64,000 nt of DNA from an uncultured Bacilli bacterium (GCA_944350425.1 CALVOX010000001.1:106212-170211); one strand, 5' to 3'. Counted from the first letter of the stretch, positions 29,041 through 40,734 are shown. Notes: generated by a model not told the origin, from the sequence alone. Numbers and translations are program-made.

Positions 29041-30084
29041 ATGATAAAAAGAGAAGACACGAGAAAAATCAAATTAGGTAACATTGAAATTGGTGGCTCA
29101 TCAAAGGTTTTAATTCAATCAATGTGTGATATAAAAACCTCAAATATAGATCAAGTTATAAAAGAGATAAATGATTGCGCTTCTTTAGGCGCAGATTTAA
29201 TGCGTGTTTCTATATTAGATAATGAAGATGCAGAAGCTATTAAAGAAATAAAAAAACATATTAATATACCTCTAATTGGAGATATTCATTTTTCTACAGA
29301 TTTAGCTTTAAAAGCTATCAATAATGGCATTGATAAAATTAGGATTAATCCAATAAATACACCTAAAGAAGAATTAATTAAAATTATAGATTCAGCAAAA
29401 AAACATAATGTTGTTATTCGCATTGGATTAAATGAAGGCTCTACCACAAGAGAAGGCAATAATATTCATGATATTAATGATTTAATAAATTTAACTAAAG
29501 AAACAATAGATTTTTTTGAAAATCAAGGTTTTTATAATTTAGTTTTAAGTATTAAATCTTCTTCAGCTTTAAAAACTATATCTATCTATAAAGAACTAGC
29601 GAATAATTTTGATTATCCATTACATTTAGGTGTAACAGAAAGTGGCTTTGATGATATAGGAATAATTAGATCTACAATCGGAATCTCAAATATCTTACTA
29701 GAAGGTATAGGAAGTACTATTAGAGTTTCTTTAACAAAAGATCCAAAACTTGAAGTAATTACTGCAAAAAGAATGCTTCATGATTTAAATCTATATCCTA
29801 ATTATCCAACTTTAATTTCATGTCCAACTTGTGGAAGATGCAAGGTTGATAATATCAAAGAAATTGCAAAAAACATTATGAATTATCTTGAAGAAAATAA
29901 TATAAACATTACTTTTGCAGTGATGGGTTGCATTGTAAATGGCATAGGCGAAGGAAAAAACGCCGACATTGGTATTGCCGGCGCAGATCATAAATTTATT
30001 GTTTTTAGAAAAGGTACAATAATTAAAACCGTTAATGAAGAAAATCTATTTAATGAAGTTATTCAAATTATTAATAGTCTTTAA
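29041..30084 (+). CDS. ispG: 4-hydroxy-3-methylbut-2-enyl diphosphate synthase IspG/GcpE (MEP pathway)
   Basis: N-terminal TRKIKLGNIEIGGSSKVLIQSMCD and C-terminal CPTCGRC Fe-S motifs. Length 347 aa, the short form. Confidence 0.8.
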   Translation: MIKREDTRKIKLGNIEIGGSSKVLIQSMCDIKTSNIDQVIKEINDCASLGADLMRVSILDNEDAEAIKEIKKHINIPLIGDIHFSTDLALKAINNGIDKIRINPINTPKEELIKIIDSAKKHNVVIRIGLNEGSTTREGNNIHDINDLINLTKETIDFFENQGFYNLVLSIKSSSALKTISIYKELANNFDYPLHLGVTESGFDDIGIIRSTIGISNILLEGIGSTIRVSLTKDPKLEVITAKRMLHDLNLYPNYPTLISCPTCGRCKVDNIKEIAKNIMNYLEENNINITFAVMGCIVNGIGEGKNADIGIAGADHKFIVFRKGTIIKTVNEENLFNEVIQIINSL

Positions 30085-30955
30085 ATAAATCTTTATTAAA
30101 CTTCTCCTCTTTTAACATTTTAATTTCATCTTTATATGGTGGTTTTTTATTAAAATATGGTGTTTCAAGAATTTTTGGAACATCTTTTAATCTTTCATCA
30201 AATACATATTTTAATAAATTATCAAAACCAATTGTTCCAAAACCAATATTTTCGTGTCGATCTTTTCTTGCTCCGCGTAAATTCTTAGAATCATTTAAAT
30301 GAATAACTTTTAATCGATCAAGACCAATAATTGAATCGAATTTAGAAAGGACTTCATCAATATTTGAAACATCATAACCTGCATCATTAATATGACATGT
30401 GTCTAAGCAAACGCCAAGTCTATTAGAGCCATTACAACCTTCTATTATTTCATTAACTTGCTCAAAAGTAATGCCGAGTTCACTTCCTTTTCCTGCCATT
30501 GTTTCGATACAAATAATGACATCTTCATTTTCTGTTGATTTTAAAACAATATTAAGCCCCTCGATTATATTTTTCAATCCAGCATCATCACCAATTCCTA
30601 CATGTAAACCAGGGTGCAAAACAAGATATTTTATTTTAAAACCGGCAGTTCTTTTAATTTCGTTAATTAAAATATCTTGGGAAAATTTTTGTTTTTCTGG
30701 ATCTGGATTAGCAAGATTAATAATATAAGGTGCGTGGCAAATAAATTTATCAATAGCCATATTATTTTGTTTTGCTAATGATATTCCTTCTTCAATTTTA
30801 CATTTTTCTAAAGGTGTTCTTGTTGAATTTTGAGGAGCACCTGTATAAATCATCAAAACATTTGCTTCATAAGATAAAGCTTCTTGAACACTTCCTAAAT
30901 AATATTTAGGGCCTGACATTGAAACATGCGAACCTATTAAAATATCTTTTTCCAT
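30071..30955 (-). CDS. nfo: Endonuclease IV (AP endonuclease family 2)
   Basis: The protein has a TIM-barrel fold. The N-terminus reads IGSHVSMSG and metal-ligand His/Asp/Glu residues are present. Confidence 0.8.
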   Translation of the reverse strand: MEKDILIGSHVSMSGPKYYLGSVQEALSYEANVLMIYTGAPQNSTRTPLEKCKIEEGISLAKQNNMAIDKFICHAPYIINLANPDPEKQKFSQDILINEIKRTAGFKIKYLVLHPGLHVGIGDDAGLKNIIEGLNIVLKSTENEDVIICIETMAGKGSELGITFEQVNEIIEGCNGSNRLGVCLDTCHINDAGYDVSNIDEVLSKFDSIIGLDRLKVIHLNDSKNLRGARKDRHENIGFGTIGFDNLLKYVFDERLKDVPKILETPYFNKKPPYKDEIKMLKEEKFNKDLFKDY

Positions 30956-30963
30956 AAAATTTC

Positions 30964-32259
30964 CTATCTATAAAATCTTTTCTTTTTATTAAATTTTTTC
31001 TTTGTTTTTTCAACTTCTATTTTTACTTTTTTCTTATAATTTGGTTTTATCTTTTTAGAAGATTTACTTTTTATCTTTTTTATTTCATTGCTTAAAGCAT
31101 TATTTCTAATTTTTCTTTTCTTTTCTTCATCTAAAGGTTTCTCATCGATGACTATATCTCCATTAGAAATTTTTAAAAAAGTTGGATTTATACCTAAATT
31201 TATAAGTTGCTTAATCTTTGCTTTAGATTCGTTATTATAAAATAAGTATGAATTTCCATCTTTTCCAATTCGAGCAGTTCTTCCTGCACGATGGAAGAAA
31301 TATTCTATATTATTAGGACACTCAAGACTTATAACGTCGCTAACATCTTCAATATCAATACCTCTAGAAGCAATATCGGTGCAAACTACATATCTAAACT
31401 CGTTATTTTGAATTCTTTTTAAAGTAGATTTTCTTTCTCTAAGAGATAAATCTCCAGAAAGAAGAATGCAGCTTTGTTTCAAAGACTTTAAATATAAATA
31501 TATTTCTTTAGCCTTTTCTCTTGTATTAGCAAAAATAAAGCCTAAATAAGGATTGTATTTATTTAAAAACAAATCTAAAGACTCTTCATCACTATAATGT
31601 TTTGTGTTAATAAAATAATAATTAATTCTAGAATTAACCGATGAACAATCTATATATTTTAATTCTCTATTCGGAAAACTCTTCTTTAAAAAATCATAAA
31701 TATATTGTGGAATCGTTGCACTAAAGACTGCAAATTGAACATCATTTTTAATATTAATTATTTTATTAATATCGTCGATAAACTCATTACCAGAAAGCAT
31801 ATCAACTTCATCTAAAACAATTGTTTTTAAACTAGAAAGATCACAAGTTGAATCATCTAAAATAGATGCTAATCTTCCGGGAGTTGCAATGATAATTTGA
31901 GATTTTGTTTGTATATCATTCAAATTTTTTTCAAAATCAATACCAGAAAGAAGAATTTTAACATGCAAATCCTTATAATATTCCTTAAATTCTTTTAAGA
32001 AAGCATATGTTTGTAATGCCAAATCTTTAGTTGGTAGAACAATTAATGCCTGAATAGATTTATCAAAATCTAGATCATTAATGATAGGAACCAAAAAAGA
32101 ATGAGTTTTTCCACTTCCTGTTTCACTTCTAACAATTAAATTGCTATCTTTCAACATTTTTGGAATTACTAACTCTTGTACTTTTGTTGCTTCTTTATAT
32201 CCAAGTTCTTCTAAAACTTCTACTAAATCTTTTTTTAAATCAAAACTATTAAATTTCAT
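30964..32259 (-). CDS. DEAD-box ATP-dependent RNA helicase with a basic C-terminal tail
   Basis: Q-motif, SETGSGKT Walker A, DEVD, SAT and HRAGRTAR motifs. Confidence 0.85.
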   Translation of the reverse strand: MKFNSFDLKKDLVEVLEELGYKEATKVQELVIPKMLKDSNLIVRSETGSGKTHSFLVPIINDLDFDKSIQALIVLPTKDLALQTYAFLKEFKEYYKDLHVKILLSGIDFEKNLNDIQTKSQIIIATPGRLASILDDSTCDLSSLKTIVLDEVDMLSGNEFIDDINKIINIKNDVQFAVFSATIPQYIYDFLKKSFPNRELKYIDCSSVNSRINYYFINTKHYSDEESLDLFLNKYNPYLGFIFANTREKAKEIYLYLKSLKQSCILLSGDLSLRERKSTLKRIQNNEFRYVVCTDIASRGIDIEDVSDVISLECPNNIEYFFHRAGRTARIGKDGNSYLFYNNESKAKIKQLINLGINPTFLKISNGDIVIDEKPLDEEKKRKIRNNALSNEIKKIKSKSSKKIKPNYKKKVKIEVEKTKKKFNKKKRFYR

Positions 32260-32316
32260 AAACTTAATTTTATATTAATTTTTCTCTTAATTCATTAAAA
32301 ATGCTAGAATTAATTA

Positions 32317-33198
32317 ATGAAAACATTACTTTCAAAAAACTTAGGATTTTGTTTTGGTGTTAAAGAAGCCATTAAAAAAACAATCGAATTTTCAAAAAAA
32401 CATGAATCAACGTATATTTTAGGCGAATTAATACATAATAGTCATATAGTTGAGGAACTAAAAAAATATAATATTTTTACTCTAGAAACACCTTATGAAA
32501 AGCTCAAATCAAACATAGATGATTTAATACATTCTAACAAAGATTTTGGTTTAGTTTTTACAGCACACGGGCACGAGCAAAAGCTTGAGCAATATATTAA
32601 AGAAAAAAATATCGATTATATTGATGCAACCTGTCCTTATATAAACAAAATCCATGAAAGATTTTTTAAATATAATTTAAATCCAACAGATGTTTTTTAT
32701 ATCGGTGATAAAAATCATATTGAATCAATTATTAATTTAAAACTCTTCAAGTTCAAAAATCTTACTTCATCAAAAAAATATAGAGAAATAAATTTTTTCA
32801 ATAATGAAAAAATTACATTCATCAACCAATCGACTTATAAAATCGATGGTTTAAAAGAATATTTATTAAGAGTTTGCCCTACTTTAAATTTTGAAATAAT
32901 GGATAATTTTTGTCCTTCGGTCAATAACAAATATAGAGAGGTAAAATTAGCTTCTCTAGAGCAAGCATGCGACTATATAATAGTTATTACTGACTCAAAA
33001 AGTTCGAATGGAAATCAATTATTTAACTACTCTATCTTTTGTTTTGGAAAAGATAATGTTTTTAAAATCAGCGATAAAAACGAACTTCCATCAATTTTTC
33101 CTAAACTAGATAAAAATAAAACTGTATTTGTCACTAGCGCTACTTCGATGGATGACAAAACAATAAATGATATATTAGAATTACTTAGAAATTATTAA
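32317..33198 (+). CDS. ispH: 4-hydroxy-3-methylbut-2-enyl diphosphate reductase IspH/LytB (MEP pathway)
   Basis: The N-terminus GFCFGVKEAIK and conserved Cys/His positions match the LytB family. Confidence 0.75.
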   Translation: MKTLLSKNLGFCFGVKEAIKKTIEFSKKHESTYILGELIHNSHIVEELKKYNIFTLETPYEKLKSNIDDLIHSNKDFGLVFTAHGHEQKLEQYIKEKNIDYIDATCPYINKIHERFFKYNLNPTDVFYIGDKNHIESIINLKLFKFKNLTSSKKYREINFFNNEKITFINQSTYKIDGLKEYLLRVCPTLNFEIMDNFCPSVNNKYREVKLASLEQACDYIIVITDSKSSNGNQLFNYSIFCFGKDNVFKISDKNELPSIFPKLDKNKTVFVTSATSMDDKTINDILELLRNY

Positions 33199-33837
33199 TG
33201 TATTTCTTTCGATTTCCTTTTTAATCTCATTGTACCTAGTATTTTTAACATCAATTTTATCTAATAATTCACTTAATTTTTTGTTTATTTCTTCGTATTT
33301 TTCAATAAAGGCTTTGTCTTTAGTTCTTAGAAGTATAGGACCATAATTTAATTCTTCATCACTATAATCTTTGTGGCCTTTAACAAAAGAAATCAATTCA
33401 TAATATATATTATTTTCTTTTAATATAAGTTCTTTTTCTATCTTAAATCCTAACTCTATAAAGTATTTTCTCGATTCTGGAATAAAATTATGAGCATCAA
33501 TTACAATTTGATCAATATAATTCAATTTTTCTTTATTCTTATCGATTATTTTTGCAATATTAGTAAAACCCATACCAGCTAAAACTAAACATGAATAATT
33601 ATTAGTTAAATCATCAATACCGTCACTTAACGAAGTACTAATAGGAGTATTTAATGTATTATTTGTTAGATTTGTAAACGGTCCAACTTTATTTTCAACG
33701 CCTTTTAAGTTGCCTTTAAAACCTCTATGGTATAGCTCTAAAAGCAAATACCCGTGATCGCTTCCAACATCAAAAACGCCTCTATTGGCGTCTTTGATCA
33801 AACTAGCTAATAATAAAAGTCTTTTAGAGATAGGCAT
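33181..33837 (-). CDS. trmK: tRNA (adenine22-N1)-methyltransferase TrmK (YqfN)
   Basis: DVGSDHGYL SAM-binding motif. It lies directly downstream of sigA, as in Bacillus. Confidence 0.7.
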   Translation of the reverse strand: MPISKRLLLLASLIKDANRGVFDVGSDHGYLLLELYHRGFKGNLKGVENKVGPFTNLTNNTLNTPISTSLSDGIDDLTNNYSCLVLAGMGFTNIAKIIDKNKEKLNYIDQIVIDAHNFIPESRKYFIELGFKIEKELILKENNIYYELISFVKGHKDYSDEELNYGPILLRTKDKAFIEKYEEINKKLSELLDKIDVKNTRYNEIKKEIERNTLIISK

Positions 33838-33839
33838 GA

Positions 33840-35132
33840 TTAATTATTAGAATATTCGTCTAACTTAGAACTCTTATTACGATGTTTAAGTTTTTTAATT
33901 GCTTTTGCTTCGATTTGTCTAATACGTTCTCTTGTAACACCAAATTCTTTACCTACTTCTTCTAATGTTCTAGGTTTATTATCATTTAAACCATATCTTA
34001 AAATTAAAACTCTTTCTTCTCTTGGAGTTAAAGTTGACATTACATCATATAAGGCTTCTCTAATCATTGCTTTAGATGTATATTCTGTTGGGGTTAAAGA
34101 TTCTTTATCTTCAACGAAATCACCTAAATGTGAATCATCTTCTTCACCAATTGGTGATTCAAGCGAAACTGGTTCAAGAGCGATTCTTTGAATTTCTCTA
34201 ATTCTATCTGGAGACATTGCGCCATCCATTTTCTTAGAAATTTCTTCAGGAGTTGGTTCACGTCCTAATTCTTGAGTTAATTGTCTTTGAACTCTTGTTA
34301 TTTTGTTGATAGTTTCAACCATATGAACAGGAATACGAATAGTTCTTGCTTGATCAGCTATTGCTCTAGTTATAGCTTGCCTAATCCACCAAGTTGCATA
34401 AGTTGAAAATTTAAATCCCTTTTTATAATCGAATTTTTCAACAGCTTTCATTAAACCCATATTACCTTCTTCAATTAAATCAAGAAGAGGCATTCCACGG
34501 CCTAAATAGTGTTTAGCAATAGAAACGACGAGTCTTAAGTTTGCAATGATTAAATGATCTTTAGCTTTTTGATCGCCTTGTAATATTCTAACAGCTAAAT
34601 CTTTTTCTTCTTCTGCGGTAAGTAAAGGGACTCCACCAATAGATTTCAAATAGAGCTTAACACTATCATTGATTTTAACATCACCTAAAGCAAAACTTTC
34701 AAAATTATTGCTATTCATTGCTGCATCAATTGCGGCAGTTTCAGTGTGATACGATTCATCACCATCAGTATAATCATCATCACTTAAAACATCGTCTTCA
34801 CTTAACTCAGCTAAACTTTCTTCACTAAAATCAATATCTTCATCATCTACATCACTAATAAGGCTATATCCTTTATCAGTAAAATATTTAAAGATATAGT
34901 CGTAATCTTCTTCGGTTAAATCAAATCTTCTTGTTGAATCAAAAAATTCATCTTGATAAATAGTTTTTGAATCTTTATTTTCTTCAATGTATTTATCAAG
35001 GATAGACTTTAATTCATTTTTAGAAGAAGCTTCATCCTCGGTTTCAACTTCACCTTTTTTGTTAACAATTTTTTCAACTTCTTTGCTGACATCTTCTTTA
35101 GTCAACTTCTTTTTTTGCTTGGTTGTTGCCAT
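33840..35132 (-). CDS. sigA: RNA polymerase primary sigma factor SigA/RpoD
   Basis: Regions 1.2, 2, 3 and 4 are present and it lies downstream of dnaG. Confidence 0.92.
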   Translation of the reverse strand: MATTKQKKKLTKEDVSKEVEKIVNKKGEVETEDEASSKNELKSILDKYIEENKDSKTIYQDEFFDSTRRFDLTEEDYDYIFKYFTDKGYSLISDVDDEDIDFSEESLAELSEDDVLSDDDYTDGDESYHTETAAIDAAMNSNNFESFALGDVKINDSVKLYLKSIGGVPLLTAEEEKDLAVRILQGDQKAKDHLIIANLRLVVSIAKHYLGRGMPLLDLIEEGNMGLMKAVEKFDYKKGFKFSTYATWWIRQAITRAIADQARTIRIPVHMVETINKITRVQRQLTQELGREPTPEEISKKMDGAMSPDRIREIQRIALEPVSLESPIGEEDDSHLGDFVEDKESLTPTEYTSKAMIREALYDVMSTLTPREERVLILRYGLNDNKPRTLEEVGKEFGVTRERIRQIEAKAIKKLKHRNKSSKLDEYSNN

Positions 35133-37014
35133 TCGATTTCCTCCTTGATTCGACTAATTGCACTTTTTTATGTATTTTAGAAGATAATAATTCTAGTATT
35201 TCGGCTTTAGAATCAGGATTATCTTCCAGCTTACTAATAAGTTCGTCATTAGATTTATTGATAGTCAATATATCTAACTCTTTTTTTATACTTATAATCA
35301 ATTCATCAATTATCTCTTTTGAATAAGGATCTCTAACCTTTAATTTATCGATCCTGTTCAATATTTCTAATAATTTATCTTTGTCTTTAGTATCGCTTTC
35401 TTCGATGTATTTTATGAATTTTTCTATCTCAACAGATTCACTATCATCAACGTCTTTTAAATAAGACAATACTAAATTATACAAATCTTCGAAGTTTTTT
35501 GAATAAAAACAATTCATTTTACTTAAAAATTCGCTTCTCGCATCTTTTTTTCTAAGTAAGTAATAAAAAACTTGAGATTCCAAATTTAATAAGCGTTTTT
35601 CTTTTAAGTTTCCATAAGCTAAATTAGATACTTTTTGTTTTTTTGGTGTTGGTTCATCGTTTATGATTTCTTTTTTTAAAGGTTCAATTTGTTCATTTTG
35701 AAATTCACTAACGGTATTTAATATCGAATTTTCACTTAAGTTAGTAGCCTCAGCTACTAAATGCAAATAATATTCAGCAAGGACATCACCTCTAGAAATA
35801 TATTTCGCAAAATATTCTACCATTTTTTGTTTATTAACGATATTACTTAAATCAGTTGTTTTTTTGAAATAATTAATCATCCATCTGGGTAGATCTATTA
35901 ATTTATTTAAATATTTTCTTAGTCTTTCTTCCCCTAAATTGGTAATTATTTCGTCGCAATCTTTATACTTGAAATCTACATCATTATCAACTAATAAATA
36001 ACTAATATTCTCTTTTTCAAGCATATCAACTATTCGTTTATCACCAATTTGACCAGGATTATCTAAATCAAGGCAAATTCTAATTTCCACTCCTAAAGAC
36101 TTTAGAAGTTCTAAATGTTCTTTAGTAAATGCTGTACCCATTAAAGCAACACATGAAGTTTCCCCGGCTCTATAACAAGCTATTACATCCATAAAGCCTT
36201 CTAAAACATAAATATAGTTAACTTTTCGTGCATTATATTGGGCATCGTAAAAATTATATAAGATGGAAGATTTGTTAAAAGCAATAGTTGATGGCGTATT
36301 AACATATTTTGATTCAGATTTTGCATCACCAAATATTCTACAAGAAAAGCCTACTACTTTTCCCTCTTCATTTTTAATCGAGAAAGCAATTCGACCACGA
36401 TTTTTATCTATTAAAGAATTATTTTTTAAATCAATAATTCCAGTTAAATCGATATCCTGAAGCGAATATTTCTTTTCTTTAGTTAAAAACTCAATAATTT
36501 TTGATCCATCATTAAAGGAGTAACCGATTGAAAACTTACGAATAATTTCATCGCTTAAGCCTCTATCGTGAAGATATTTTAATGCTTTTTCGCCTTCTTT
36601 ACTTTGAAAAAGACTTAAACTATAAAAATTTGAAATATCATTTAAAATTTCGTAAGCTTTTTCTAATTTTGGGTTAATCTTTTTATAGGAAATGTTATCA
36701 AGCTCAGGAATTGTTATTCCTTCAATTTCACATATTTTTCTTGCTGCATCTAAATAAGAGATATTTTCTATTTTTTTAACAAAAGTAAGAGCATCTCCTT
36801 TAGTGTTACAAGCAAAGCAATTAAAAATTTGTTTTTCGGGAGATACAGAAAAATTACCTAAATTTTTATCATCATGAAAAGGACAAAGACCTACGTAATT
36901 TCGGCCTCTTTGAGTAAGTTTCACATAGTGACTAACAACATCGACTATATTACACTTAGAACGAACTAAATCAAAAATGTTATTTTCTTTATCAATTGTG
37001 GAGTTTTTCAACAA
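35098..37014 (-). CDS. dnaG: DNA primase
   Basis: [12 protein letters not shown]...CFAC zinc-binding domain and a Toprim domain. Length 638 aa. Confidence 0.88.
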   Translation of the reverse strand: MLKNSTIDKENNIFDLVRSKCNIVDVVSHYVKLTQRGRNYVGLCPFHDDKNLGNFSVSPEKQIFNCFACNTKGDALTFVKKIENISYLDAARKICEIEGITIPELDNISYKKINPKLEKAYEILNDISNFYSLSLFQSKEGEKALKYLHDRGLSDEIIRKFSIGYSFNDGSKIIEFLTKEKKYSLQDIDLTGIIDLKNNSLIDKNRGRIAFSIKNEEGKVVGFSCRIFGDAKSESKYVNTPSTIAFNKSSILYNFYDAQYNARKVNYIYVLEGFMDVIACYRAGETSCVALMGTAFTKEHLELLKSLGVEIRICLDLDNPGQIGDKRIVDMLEKENISYLLVDNDVDFKYKDCDEIITNLGEERLRKYLNKLIDLPRWMINYFKKTTDLSNIVNKQKMVEYFAKYISRGDVLAEYYLHLVAEATNLSENSILNTVSEFQNEQIEPLKKEIINDEPTPKKQKVSNLAYGNLKEKRLLNLESQVFYYLLRKKDARSEFLSKMNCFYSKNFEDLYNLVLSYLKDVDDSESVEIEKFIKYIEESDTKDKDKLLEILNRIDKLKVRDPYSKEIIDELIISIKKELDILTINKSNDELISKLEDNPDSKAEILELLSSKIHKKVQLVESRRKSNGNNQAKKEVD

Positions 37015-38362
37015 AATAATCCTTTAATTCATCAATTTTAACTAAATCTTGTTTCATTGTATCACGGTCTCTTACTGTAACGGTATGATTTTCCAATGAA
37101 TCAAAATCAAAAGTTACACAATAAGGAGTTCCGATTTCATCATTTCTTCTATATCTTTTTCCAATACTTCCAGATGTATCAAAAGATGCTGGGAAATATT
37201 TAGAAATTTCTTTAAATACTTTTTTAGCTTCATCAACTAATTTATTGGATAAAGGTAAAACAGAGATTTTAACAGGGGCAATTTTTGGATTAAGATGCAT
37301 AACGACACGAGTTTCGCCATTTTCTAACGTTTCTTCATCATAAGCATCGCAAACAACCGTTAAGAACAATCTATCTAAACCTGCAGAAGGTTCAATACAA
37401 TATGGAACATATTTTGTATTGGTATCAGGGTCAAAATATTCTAAACTTTCTTTTGAATATTCCATATGTCTTTTTAAATCATAATCAGTTCTGTCGGCAA
37501 TACCCCAAATTTCACCCCAACCAAATGGGAATAAATATTCGATATCGGTTGTTGCTTTAGAATAGAATGCGAGTTCTTGTGGTTCGTGATCTCTATAATG
37601 CAAATTTTCTTTTTTTACACCTAAATCTTCGACGAAATTAATACAGAAATCTTTCCAATATTTGAACCATTCAAGATCGGTTCCTGGTTTACAGAAGAAT
37701 TCTAATTCCATTTGTTCAAATTCACGAGTTCTAAAAATGAAATTACCTGGAGTGATTTCGTTTCTAAAAGATTTACCAACATTAGCTATACCAAAAGGTA
37801 ATTTCTTTCTAGTAGTTCTTTGAACATTTTTAAAATTAACAAAAACGCCTTGAGCAGTTTCTGGTCTTAAATAAACTTCACTTGAAGAATCTTCGGTGAC
37901 GCCCATATGTGTTTTAAACATTAAATTAAATTTTTTAATATCTGTAAAATTGCTTTTCCCACAATTTGGACATTTAATTTCATGACTTTTAACAAAATTA
38001 TTCAAATCATCAAAAGTCATTCCATCAACATCAACATCAGGATATTGTTCTTTAACTAAATCATCAGCTCTATAACGACAATGGCAATCTTTACATTCGA
38101 TTTGAGGATCATTAAAAGTTTGTACATGTCCAGTGGCAGCCCAAACTCTTGGATTCATTAAAATAGCAGAATCAATTCCTACATTTAATTCAGAAGTTTC
38201 TACAAATTTATTCCACCAAAGATCTTTAATATTTTTCTTTAATTGACTTCCTAAAGGTCCATAATCCCATGTATTTGCTAAGCCACCATAAATTTGGCTC
38301 CCTTGGAATACATATCCAGTTGTTTGTAAATGTGTTACTATTTTGTCAAATTTTATATCCAT
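36992..38362 (-). CDS. glyQS: Glycine--tRNA ligase (homodimeric alpha2 type)
   Basis: N-terminus [31 protein letters not shown] and class II motifs. Length 456 aa. Confidence 0.88.
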   Translation of the reverse strand: MDIKFDKIVTHLQTTGYVFQGSQIYGGLANTWDYGPLGSQLKKNIKDLWWNKFVETSELNVGIDSAILMNPRVWAATGHVQTFNDPQIECKDCHCRYRADDLVKEQYPDVDVDGMTFDDLNNFVKSHEIKCPNCGKSNFTDIKKFNLMFKTHMGVTEDSSSEVYLRPETAQGVFVNFKNVQRTTRKKLPFGIANVGKSFRNEITPGNFIFRTREFEQMELEFFCKPGTDLEWFKYWKDFCINFVEDLGVKKENLHYRDHEPQELAFYSKATTDIEYLFPFGWGEIWGIADRTDYDLKRHMEYSKESLEYFDPDTNTKYVPYCIEPSAGLDRLFLTVVCDAYDEETLENGETRVVMHLNPKIAPVKISVLPLSNKLVDEAKKVFKEISKYFPASFDTSGSIGKRYRRNDEIGTPYCVTFDFDSLENHTVTVRDRDTMKQDLVKIDELKDYFVEKLHN

Positions 38363-38429
38363 AATGTCCCCTTACAAAGTAATTTATAATTAATATATAA
38401 GCCTAGAAAAGGCCTCTAACTAGTCTACT

Positions 38430-39020
38430 CTAATTTATGAAATTTTCAATAGATTTAAGGCTAATTTCGCCTGTTTCAAATAAAATTCGGTTAAAAATTT
38501 GTAGTAAATAAGCAAAAGATTCTTTTAAAATTGTAGAAAGTAAAAAAGATTTATCGATCTTATAATCTGCATCTATAAACTTATCGTCATTTTCAACGTT
38601 CGCTCCAATAATTTTTAACATATTGAAGATGTAATATAAGATTAAATTCTTGTAATCGATTTCTTTTAAATTATCAATTGTAAATGAAAGCAAATCATAA
38701 ATTTCATAAATTGATCTTTCATATTGTAAAACTTTCAAAGTAATTTCACTTATTAAATCCAAAGTTAATAATTTATCGATAGGAAGATTCTCATAATATA
38801 AAGGAGAAATGATCTTATCTTCTTTCAACTTATAATATTTTGTAGGCCCTTTATAAAGCAAGAAATCACCATAACTAAAAAGTCGATTTCTATATTCTTG
38901 AATCTTATTTTTGCCTTTGACCTCAAAAGAAATTAAAGTTTCTTGCGTCAATAAATTTACCATCAAAGAAGAATCTTTATAAGCATTGATTGATATAATA
39001 TAGCCTCTAAATTGATCCAT
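38430..39020 (-). CDS. recO: Probable DNA repair protein RecO (shorter than the usual length)
   Basis: The call rests on its position immediately downstream of era, as in Bacillus, and on an OB-fold-like N-terminus. It is only 196 aa. Confidence 0.45.
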   Translation of the reverse strand: MDQFRGYIISINAYKDSSLMVNLLTQETLISFEVKGKNKIQEYRNRLFSYGDFLLYKGPTKYYKLKEDKIISPLYYENLPIDKLLTLDLISEITLKVLQYERSIYEIYDLLSFTIDNLKEIDYKNLILYYIFNMLKIIGANVENDDKFIDADYKIDKSFLLSTILKESFAYLLQIFNRILFETGEISLKSIENFIN

Positions 39021-39883
39021 TATTTATAACCTATCTTAGATAAAAACTTATTCGAATTTTTCCAATCTTTTTCTACTTGTACAACAAGCTCTAAATTAAT
39101 GGTATAACCTAAATATTCCTCAATTTGTTTTCTAGCTCTAATACCAATTTTTTTAATCATTTGGCCTCTTTTTCCGATGATTATTCCTTTTTGTGAATCT
39201 TTTTCGACGATAATTTTTGCAAAAATATTTTTGCCTTCAAAATGTTCATCACAAATAACAGCAATTGAATGAGGAACTTCCTCTTTTAAAAGTTTTAAAG
39301 CAACTTCTCTGATTGTCTCTTCAACATAAAATTTAAAATCTTTATTTGTAATCGTTTTAACATCATAATATTGAGGCCCTTCAACCAAATAAGTTTTAAT
39401 TGTTTTGATTAACTCATCAATATTAAATTCTTCGAGAGCTGACATCTCGATAATTGGAGAATCAGGAAGTAATTCTTTGTATTTTTCTTTTAATTCATTA
39501 ATAAGAATAACATTGCTTTCATCAATCTTGTTAAAAGCAACAATTAAAGGTACTTCCTTATTTAAAGATCTTAAAATGTAATTATCTCCATCGCTAAACT
39601 TTCTAGAAGCATCTATTAATAAAACTGTAAGATCGTTTGTTCTAGCGTTATAAAAAGCGATTTTATCCATCTCTTTATCAAGAACTGTTTTTGGTTTATG
39701 TATACCAGGAGTATCTACAAAGACGATTTGAGAATCATCATCATTATAAATACCTTGAATAGCATCACGAGTTGTTTGACTTTTTGGTGAAATAATTGAA
39801 ATTTTCTTTCCAACTATTGCATTAATTAGAGTAGATTTACCAACATTTGGTCTTCCGATTAAACTAACAAATCCGCTTTTCAT
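39020..39883 (-). CDS. era: GTPase Era
   Basis: GRPNVGKSTL G1 motif and a C-terminal KH domain. Length 287 aa. Confidence 0.88.
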   Translation of the reverse strand: MKSGFVSLIGRPNVGKSTLINAIVGKKISIISPKSQTTRDAIQGIYNDDDSQIVFVDTPGIHKPKTVLDKEMDKIAFYNARTNDLTVLLIDASRKFSDGDNYILRSLNKEVPLIVAFNKIDESNVILINELKEKYKELLPDSPIIEMSALEEFNIDELIKTIKTYLVEGPQYYDVKTITNKDFKFYVEETIREVALKLLKEEVPHSIAVICDEHFEGKNIFAKIIVEKDSQKGIIIGKRGQMIKKIGIRARKQIEEYLGYTINLELVVQVEKDWKNSNKFLSKIGYK

Positions 39884-39885
39884 AA

Positions 39886-40734
39886 TTATTCCATATCGTT
39901 ACTATCAAAACTATAAGGGAGTAAATCATCGATTGTAACTTCTTTTACTTCTTTCTTTAAATTTGTAAGAATAATTTTTGTATCTTTGTTACAAAGTTCA
40001 GAAATAACTTGTCGACAAGCACCACAAGGAGATACTGGTCTTTTGCAATCAGCTACAATACAAAGGGCAATAATATCATCTTTTCTTACTCCATTTGAAT
40101 AAGCATTAAATAATGCGTTTCTTTCTGCACACATTGCCAAAGGATAAGATGAGTTTTCAATGTTTGCTCCATAATATAGTTTATTATCGTTAGTTAGAAC
40201 AACAGCACCAACTTTAAATTTTGAATAAGGTGAGTATGAATTTTCTCTAGCTTTTATAGCTTCATCAATTAACTTTTCTTTATCCATCAAAATTTCTCCT
40301 TTAAAAATCTCATCTTGTAAAGAAAACATTTCCTTTTCATCTTCTTCTACCATATGATCATAACCAAGAAGATGAAGTAAACCATGCACAAAAAGAAAAC
40401 ATATTTCTCTTTCAATAGAATTGTTATAATTCAATCTATTTTCATCAGCAACTTCATAGCAAATATATAATTCTCCTAAATCAGTAGGAATATCACCAAT
40501 TATCTTTTCATTTTTATCATCTAAAAAAGCAAAAGAAATTACATCAGTTGGACGATCAATTCCACGATAGTCTTTATTAATTTTATGAATCGTTTCTTTA
40601 TCGACAAAAGTAACAGATATAATAAAATTATCGTTTAATTTAAGTACTTTAAAGGTCTTATTTGCTAAGTTAGTAAAAAGTTTTTCGTATTTATCTAAAT
40701 TTATTTCTAAAGTATTATTAACTTCCAAAAACAT
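39886..40734 (-). CDS. ybeY: Fusion protein: endoribonuclease YbeY (N-terminal) plus cytidine deaminase Cdd (C-terminal)
   Basis: The N-terminal half has the YbeY HGLLHLLGYDH metal-binding motif. The C-terminal half has cytidine deaminase CAERNA...PCGACRQ zinc motifs. Confidence 0.75.
   Translation of the reverse strand: MFLEVNNTLEINLDKYEKLFTNLANKTFKVLKLNDNFIISVTFVDKETIHKINKDYRGIDRPTDVISFAFLDDKNEKIIGDIPTDLGELYICYEVADENRLNYNNSIEREICFLFVHGLLHLLGYDHMVEEDEKEMFSLQDEIFKGEILMDKEKLIDEAIKARENSYSPYSKFKVGAVVLTNDNKLYYGANIENSSYPLAMCAERNALFNAYSNGVRKDDIIALCIVADCKRPVSPCGACRQVISELCNKDTKIILTNLKKEVKEVTIDDLLPYSFDSNDME

Noticed and set aside
30399-30728. 109-aa + strand ORF inside nfo
   Set aside because: It is antisense to the endonuclease IV coding sequence. 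The Ser/Pro-rich translation is an artefact of the complementary codons.
35123-36460. ORFs 35123..35326 and 36263..36460 on the + strand inside sigA/dnaG
   Set aside because: They are antisense to the conserved sigA and dnaG genes.
38430-39020. Possible truncation or pseudogenisation of recO (196 aa, against about 250 aa typical)
   Set aside because: The ORF is intact with no frameshift visible, and the 67-nt gap to glyQS holds no remnant coding sequence. Small Mollicute-type RecO proteins exist, so I kept it as a CDS at low confidence.
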